Source: Podarcis filfolensis
Lineage: Eukaryota
Direction: 5' to 3' (one strand)
Assembly (NCBI GenBank): GCA_964270895.1
Contig: OZ185437.1
DNA: 64,000 nucleotides
Shown: positions 57,318 to 64,000 of the stretch, piece by piece
How the letters are laid out: each line of letters starts with the position of its first letter
Position numbering within the stretch: position 1 is the first letter of the stretch
Program-made: the position numbers and the translations under genes
The notes under the pieces: model-generated
What the model was told of the DNA's origin: nothing
Seen by the model: only the letters and a program-made list of their open reading frames with translations
Databases searched by the model: none

Positions 57318-57380
57318 ATTTAGGGAAGCACTATAAAGAATAGAGATTTTAAAAAGTGTAGAGTGGGGGGCAATTCCTGA

Positions 57381-57409
57381 TTCTTTCTTTCTTTTTTTCT
57401 TTCTTTTTT

Positions 57410-57441
<32 letters not shown>
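57381..57441. repeat. (TTTC)n microsatellite
   Basis: Directly visible. Confidence 0.95.
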
Positions 57442-59400
57442 GGGAAGTATTTAATCGTAGCAAACAGTGGATGAATTCAGAATTGTACTGCAATTATGAC
57501 TGGGTAGTAGCAACCCCAAATTAAAAGGGAGCGGCAAAGATAGGAGTTCCTGACCTTTTAAATTCTTTATTTATATATTTAGCCTGAGTTTGTAAATGTT
57601 AAAAACATATATGCTGCCAATGCAGAAATAAAGTCCACAATTTTTGTACCCATGTGCTTGGGGGCATCACTGTGGCTGACAGAGTATAGGTTACATCAGC
57701 CCCGAAAGTATCCCAGTGCTATTATACTCAAATGGCTGGTAAGGAGAGTAGTATATGTCAACACTGCTGTATAGGGTCATTTTCTACCATACTGGAGTTC
57801 TGGGGATATACATTCAGGGAGCAGCAATTGTACCTGCAGTTTGAGGTGTGTGTAGTTAATTGCTTTCCAAGCCAACAAGGAAAACAGGAGGATTTCTGTT
57901 GGTTGCTACAAGATGACCCTCAGAGGCAGCATACTTCTGATTGCAAGTGAAAGAGTGATTTCACACACACACACAAACAAACACATTCAAATCTCTTCTC
58001 TGCAAAAGTACTAGAGAGAGGACCTCTCACATGCAGTATACCTCTGTGCAAGACAGAAGGGGAAAGTAGTCTGAGGTTGACTGGTGCCGATACAACATTT
58101 GAACTTTGCTCTTATCAAGTCTCCAGCCTCAGCTCCATCGGCACCAAATCCTGAAATCTTGGCTTGCCCAAATCCCCATACCTGAGGTCACCATTTCAGC
58201 AGAACAAATGTTTGTAGCTTCATTGAGAAAAAGCTAATACTGTCAGGGGATAATATTACTTTAAATTATGTCATCCCTGTTCTGAATGCCCCTGTCACAA
58301 GCATTAATGCAAGCTACACTGCAAGTAAGGAGAGCTGTATGGGATTTGACAACTGGTCAACATAAATGGAGTCTTCATGCCCTCACTACGGCTAAAAGAC
58401 TAACATTGATTCACTGGAAATATAAATCTATGGCTCTCTTTAATTAATGGATAGAAGATATGACAACTCTTGCAACATATGAATGGAGTGTTTTTGACAT
58501 AGATTGTGTATGGACAGATATAATGACATTTGGAGTGCATTGATTAAAAAATAGCAGGTTATAAATAAATGTATATGTATTGGGCATCATCATCATTATT
58601 TTTTAAAAAACATAAAAAAGAGAAATGATTTAATGTTCCTTTTCTTTAAAAAAAAGCTTTTTTGCAATATAGTTTACTTCTTTTTAATAGCTTTTTTCTT
58701 TCAAAAACAGTTACAGGTATCTTTACAAGATTTGTTATACAACTGCAGAATTACTCATTAACTTTTTCCCATATTCATTTCAAATCTGCAGCGTCCATCC
58801 CCATACAATCTAAAGGAGAAATCCTAAGTATGGGAAGCCAGTAATTTATGGCAGCAGCTTAAGTTTTGAGAGATCTTTTTAAAACTCCTGGCAATCCCTT
58901 TTTGTTCTCAACAAGGCAAACAAGTTGTCAAGCAATCAATGTGTTTGCTTTCCAGCAGTCTTCCAGCATGGGTTTCTGGAATTTGTAAAGATCACCCCAC
59001 ATGAACTGTGTGCTATTGACAGCTCTTTTATTCCCAACATTTGTGTGGAATTTTTTTTTGTTTATTCATTTAATAATAGTGTGCACAAGCAACTGTGTAC
59101 TTTAAACTAGTTGGCATATGCAGATCTACATTCTTTTAGTTAATGGAAATGTGCTGACCTGTTGGTTTATATGGTGATACCAATATTAATATTCAGTGTT
59201 TCCCCATTCATTTAAAGAAAATGAAAATGAGAATATGAGTGTCTTTCTTCCTTTTCTGTTTTTATGGAAGTTCTTATTCTCACACCCATCTTCTTTTTAA
59301 TTTTTTTGGGGGGTGCTCCGTCTCAACTTACAGTGACACACCAAATGTTTTAATTTCAATTCTGGACTAATGGGGCTTTAAGTCTGAGGTGTTCATTTTA

Positions 59401-59524
59401 ATCATAGAATCAACTGTAGAGTTGGAAAGGACCATAAGAGCCATCTAGTCCAACCCCCCCACAATGCAGGAATCAAACCCACGACCCTGAGATTAACAGT
59501 CTCATGTTCTACCAACTGAGCTAG
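59401..59524 (-). mobile_element. tRNA-Lys-derived SINE with CR1-type tail
   Basis: 59474-59524 aacccacgaccctgagattaacagtctcatgttctaccaactgagctag aligns to the reverse complement of tRNA-Lys(CTT); tail as at 54145 and 51355. Confidence 0.82.
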
Positions 59525-62111
59525 TATCACTTCTCTATGTTGTGCAAGCAGTCAGGATTTTCTCCTGAAAGTACCATATGAATCTCTGGATGAAATCACC
59601 ATGCTCTTTTTACACAAGTCACTTTCCCTGAGCAAGTAAAGGTCTGCTGTGCCCAGTCTGCACCCATCCCTGCTAGCAAAGTTCTCTCATCCATTTGTGC
59701 TGTAAGAAACTCTGGTACATACTATAGTCTCAGAAGACATTTTGAGTCACTGCACCGTATATAAACCATGAAAACCATAGTCTAGTATGCTATAAGCAAC
59801 ACAACCAGAGTGTTTAAAGTACTCGCCTTCTATAAGGTAGACACGGCACAGACCGTCTAGTGCCAGAGGCTAGCAAAAGTATGCATTTGTGATGTAGTGC
59901 AGGGAGGGGGAAGTTCCAGCATGGGAAGGGAGTGGGCATTGTCTGAGTGTGGGACAGATTCCCTTTTCAAAGGTTAAAGTGACTTCTGGAGGGTGTCTTG
60001 TGCCCAACACAGTCAGAGAACACTATTGAGTGAGCCTTCAAAACTTCCACAAAATCTGAGAAATAACCTTGCAAGGATCAGCAGAAAAGTCATGAAATCA
60101 GTTCCACAAGAGTACTCGGCTTAATGCTAGTGATAGGAAAGCCAATGCAGAATAACAGGGTATCAGAGAAATATTAATATTAATCATCTCTAGTCAGTTT
60201 GATTTTATTGCTTCTTTGCCTTTATAACGTTAATTTATATGTCATCAGACTGTCAGCAATTATCAGTGTCAGAAACTTGTAGGCAGCCCAGTGACATGCA
60301 ACAAGGGTCTATTTTTGGTTACTCAAGTGTAAAATTTTGTCAACTTGTTTTTTTGTCCAATTAGCAGACTACTTCCACTTCAAAGCATTCTAGCAGCAAA
60401 GTGGTCATTCTTGCCCTTTTGTTCCTCTGACTGATATTTTTATTTTTTTATTTTTTGGCTGATCAGCTCTCAAATAAAAGATTTTGGAAAGCAAGGCCAG
60501 TTGCTGTTTTGCACACCTCCTGGCTTGGCAGAAATGGATATGCAATGATACCAGCAGGCCTGGGTTGTCTTCTGAAAAGCATGTAAGGCTTGTTTCTGAA
60601 GAGTAATGCATCTGCTATGCAGAAAAAAATAATAGAACGCATGCATGACTCATTTGAAGGAATCCAATTTAATATGCATATGTTGCGGTTCATACAGTAT
60701 ATAGAAACTCAGAATGTAGTTTGTTGAATTTCTTTAAATTGGCTACATGTCACAATATTTGTTGGAAGGACAAAGTCAATGATACAACAGAAGCTCTTTT
60801 TATGGTTTTGAATGCTCCTTGTCCATCTCAATTTGCTGCTCCACTCCTGAACCTGGTGATGCCTCAGGACTCAAGAGCCTCCTCTACTTGTATAGGTTCC
60901 CCATATTATGTAGGACCCTGATGTGCCAGTACACCCACATGGTGACAACGTTGCCACCCTACCCTGTCCCCTTAGCCAAGTAAGAAGTAGGCAGTGACAG
61001 GAATCACAGCCATGATGGCCTCTGGCCTCTTCAGCAACCTTGGCATTTGTAGCTGTGCTGAATCTTCCAACATTCTGCTTCATTAGATGTCCATGGGCTA
61101 TCTTGGTCCTGCAGTCAAATTTGAAATAATCCCAATCTATACACCACAGGCCTTCTGCAGAGCTTTCCTAGCTACTGGCTGTGCTGGCAGAAGAAGGTGT
61201 GCCCTGCAGGTGATGCTGTATAAAAGCACTACATAATAATAATATTTACTTATTATTATCATTATTAGTGTGCAACATAATTTAAAGTTTTGAATTTTTA
61301 TCATATATTTGCTGCCTTATGGGGAGATTCTCCTAAAAAGCGAGATAAAAATCTATTAAATAAAATAAATTTGCCATTTATGGTTGTATTTTATTTTATT
61401 TTAATGCTGGCATCAAAAGTTGCAGCTTTGTTTTGGTTTTTTCATTTCCTAGTTATAACATAAGCTACTGTATTTTGTTTGTTTTTCACCAGATTTTGCT
61501 AGCCTTGTAGGTTTGTATATATTATACCAACTAATATATGTGCTATGCTAGAAGGATTCAACACAACCAAGCTATCCTTTTACATTGCAGTCTTTGAGAA
61601 CAACAACCCCCTTGCGTTATAGCTCCATTGATTAAGCTTTTGTGGAAGAACTATACCAGGTGTTCAGCTTATAATGATCTTTAATTTTAAAGTTTTGGAT
61701 TCTGTTCAAATGGGTGACATCTATTATATTGCTTTTTTAAAAAAGATAAGCAAGATTAACATAGTTTTGAAAAACCAAACAAGAGGCTATAATGGGATCG
61801 ACAGCTGCCATCTGTGAGACATTCTCCATATTTTTTCTGATGAAGTATGTAATGGGATGCAATCCAGGAGATCTCAGCTAACAATTTGAGGTGTTAGGAG
61901 AAATTGTAGTATTCACACAATAGTGGCTACCAGTTTGGGGGGGGGGGTTCTTTTACACCGTCTTGCTTTTTTTCATTCATAAATCACCTTTTATACCAAT
62001 TTTATTGTTTTGGGGGGTTCCCATGACCTTGCCTGTTTTCATACACTTGGTGACCTTCTTTGTTTTAGTTGACTAACCATTCATAGGCACTGAAGCATAT
62101 CTAGATACTGT

Positions 62112-62418
62112 GGTTGCTTCCAGACCGTCACTATTTTGTGAGAGGGATTCAGTCACATAGCGACAAATACAGGTTTGCACAATTAAAAGTGGCTTAAAAT
62201 GCTCTGGCCCAAGAAACCCACTTTTTAAAAATGGACTTTTTGCAATAAGAAATGTGATGGAGAATGGGAGACGACAATTTATGGGAAATTGTATAACCTC
62301 TACACAAATAAATCAGGGCACATGTTTTCTAAACAGTGGGCATTGTATAACCTCCACACAAGCTTTGTGCCAACAAATCAGGATGAATGCTCAATAAACA
62401 AATCATCTGGAAGTGACC
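62112..62418. mobile_element. PIF/Harbinger-like MITE
   Basis: Imperfect 14-bp TIR ggttgcttccagac / atctggaagtgacc; 3-bp TSD tgt at 62109-62111 and 62419-62421; internal 20-bp direct repeat 62288-62307 / 62342-62361. Confidence 0.65.
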
Positions 62419-63063
62419 TGTCTCACCTAGAAATGGGCTTCCTCTATTAGCAAGGAAGGCTGACTGCAGCTCCACAAACCCTCTTTGTATTTTTACATTC
62501 CTAGGCACTTAACCCAAGGGTTTAGTGAGAAAGGTACATTAGGTTTGGTGGATCACAAATCCCTGTTGGTTAAGAAACCTCAGTTCTAACCATTTAAGAA
62601 GTAGTAAGCAATACACGTTGCAAAGGAAAGGCTTAAATTAGACAGCTCTATGTTATTGGAGCAAATTGATATTAATTCAATGAGTGGGCATCATAGGTGC
62701 AAATGTTCAAAGCCCATTGGGAATTTAGCCTCATGTCTTCTTATTGATATTCATTCTGAGACACATTTTGCACCAGGTAGCAAAAGACTGAGTGGACTAA
62801 TAAGAATCATTAACTAAATCCCTGTGTGGGAATTTGAAAATGTAGAGGTTGGGTAAATTTCTTCATTCTACTGTGCAGGGAATTAATTGAATACCTACTG
62901 TTGCTTTCTGGAGAAATTTCCAAACTAATTCCCAAATCAACGAGCTAAAAGGAAGTCCTTCATTGTGTGATGAAAAACCAGCCTTGAGTGTATTAGTACT
63001 ACCAACTGCAAATATCCTGCTTTAAAAGGCAGTGTGTCTGCCTGCCTGCCTCTCTCTCAAATA

Positions 63064-63400
63064 AGTTAAAGGTAAAGGGACCCCTGACCATTATGTCCAA
63101 TCGCGACAACTCTGGGGTTGTGGCGCTCATCTCACTTTACTGGCCGAGGCAGCTGGCGTTTGTCATGTGGCCAGCATGACAAAGCCACTTCTGGTGAACC
63201 AGAGCAGTGCACAGAAACGCCGTTTATCTTCCCACCAGAGCAGTACCTATTTATCTACTTGCACTTTGATGTGCTTTCGAACTGCTAGGTTAGCAGGAGC
63301 AGGGACCGAGCAACGGGAGCTCACCCCGTCGCGGGGATTCGAACTGCCGACCTTCTGATCGGCAAGTCCTAGGCTCTGTGGTTTAGACCACAGTGCCACC
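63064..63400 (-). mobile_element. Sauria SINE, slightly 5'-truncated
   Basis: Tail agttaaaggtaaagggacccctgacc; 12-bp TSD ctctctcaaata at 63052-63063 and 63401-63412. Confidence 0.93.
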
Positions 63401-63488
63401 CTCTCTCAAATATGGGCTGTCTAAACAAAAAGTGCATCCTGAATTCAAGCAGTTAATTTGGCGGAGAAAGTATAAACACTTTGATCCT

Positions 63489-63503
63489 CGAATGTTCTCG
63501 AAT
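63489..63503. promoter_or_regulatory. Sequence match to a heat-shock element (nGAAnnTTCnnGAAn)
   Basis: cGAAtgTTCtcGAAt is a perfect three-pentamer match. Function is not demonstrated. Confidence 0.3.
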
Positions 63504-64000
63504 GCTGATGTGTGCCACATTTTGGGAACATTATTCTGTGCATTGCCAGTAAGGTACCTGTCTTTTCTGTTGAGGTTTGCTCACATAAATGTAACAGCCT
63601 TCTGCATTTGGCTGTTTAATATCCCCCTTAGCAACCCTGGTCAACTCACTGGGCTCTCGCACTTCAAGCTAGAAGTGCCTGCGACCACCTGTTCCCTTCT
63701 CTTTTGGCGGTGCACTTCCCAATGGGAAATATTATTTCAGGTTGTTAAGAGAAGTGTAGCAAAGTAATGGTCTGAACTGGGGAAGGGGAAGCAAAGCATC
63801 CAAGGTAGTAATTTGATTGCGGCGAGGTTTTAAAAGACGGCTGGGCAACTGCATCGCTTTCTCAAGTATTGGCTTAAGAAGCTGAAGATGCATTTTGTGT
63901 TCGACAATAGCTATGTGCTCCTGGTCAATATTAAGTACTGAAATATTAAGTAGGAAATTGTATTAATCAAATCTTTGCTTTGGGGAAGAATTTAAGCTTC

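Noticed and set aside
54206-59524. tRNA-Ile-like and tRNA-Lys-like sequences (and Ala-like heads elsewhere) as tRNA genes
   Set aside because: Mutated stems or anticodon arms, missing acceptor stem in the Lys copy, and fusion to LINE tails mark them as SINE heads.
63393-63767. 124-aa ORF
   Set aside because: Starts inside a Sauria SINE end at a non-ATG codon; no domain recognised.
1-64000. CRISPR arrays, rRNA genes, viral genes, intact transposases or a prokaryote-like operon
   Set aside because: No regularly spaced repeat-spacer array, rRNA similarity, DDE transposase ORF or gene-dense region was seen.

Overview
Vertebrate genomic DNA, most likely a squamate reptile and probably a lacertid lizard. 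This is inferred from the repeat content: four Sauria SINEs, a Bov-B/RTE LINE, L2 and CR1 LINE fragments, tRNA-derived SINEs, a Penelope end and many DNA-transposon MITEs. The window reads as AT-rich intronic or intergenic sequence. I recognise no host protein-coding gene, intact tRNA or rRNA gene, or CRISPR array. The only ORFs with recognisable protein motifs are LINE reverse-transcriptase remnants: Bov-B at 42476-44011 (one frame, two stops) and L2 at about 31113-32020 and 95-1030. The most notable observations are: a Tc2-like MITE whose interior is a run of seven consecutive hairpins; a composite hAT MITE that captured an L2 tail and carries target-site duplications around the whole unit; different tRNA heads (Ile, Lys) on one CR1-type tail; and several apparently repeat-free, CpG-retaining blocks that may be conserved regulatory elements, one with a perfect heat-shock element. 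A few candidate exons and microexons are listed as speculative. Boundaries of young elements with target-site duplications (TSDs) are base-exact. Boundaries of decayed elements are approximate, and repeat family names come from recalled consensus features, not a database search. I found no convincing evidence of a new multi-gene system.
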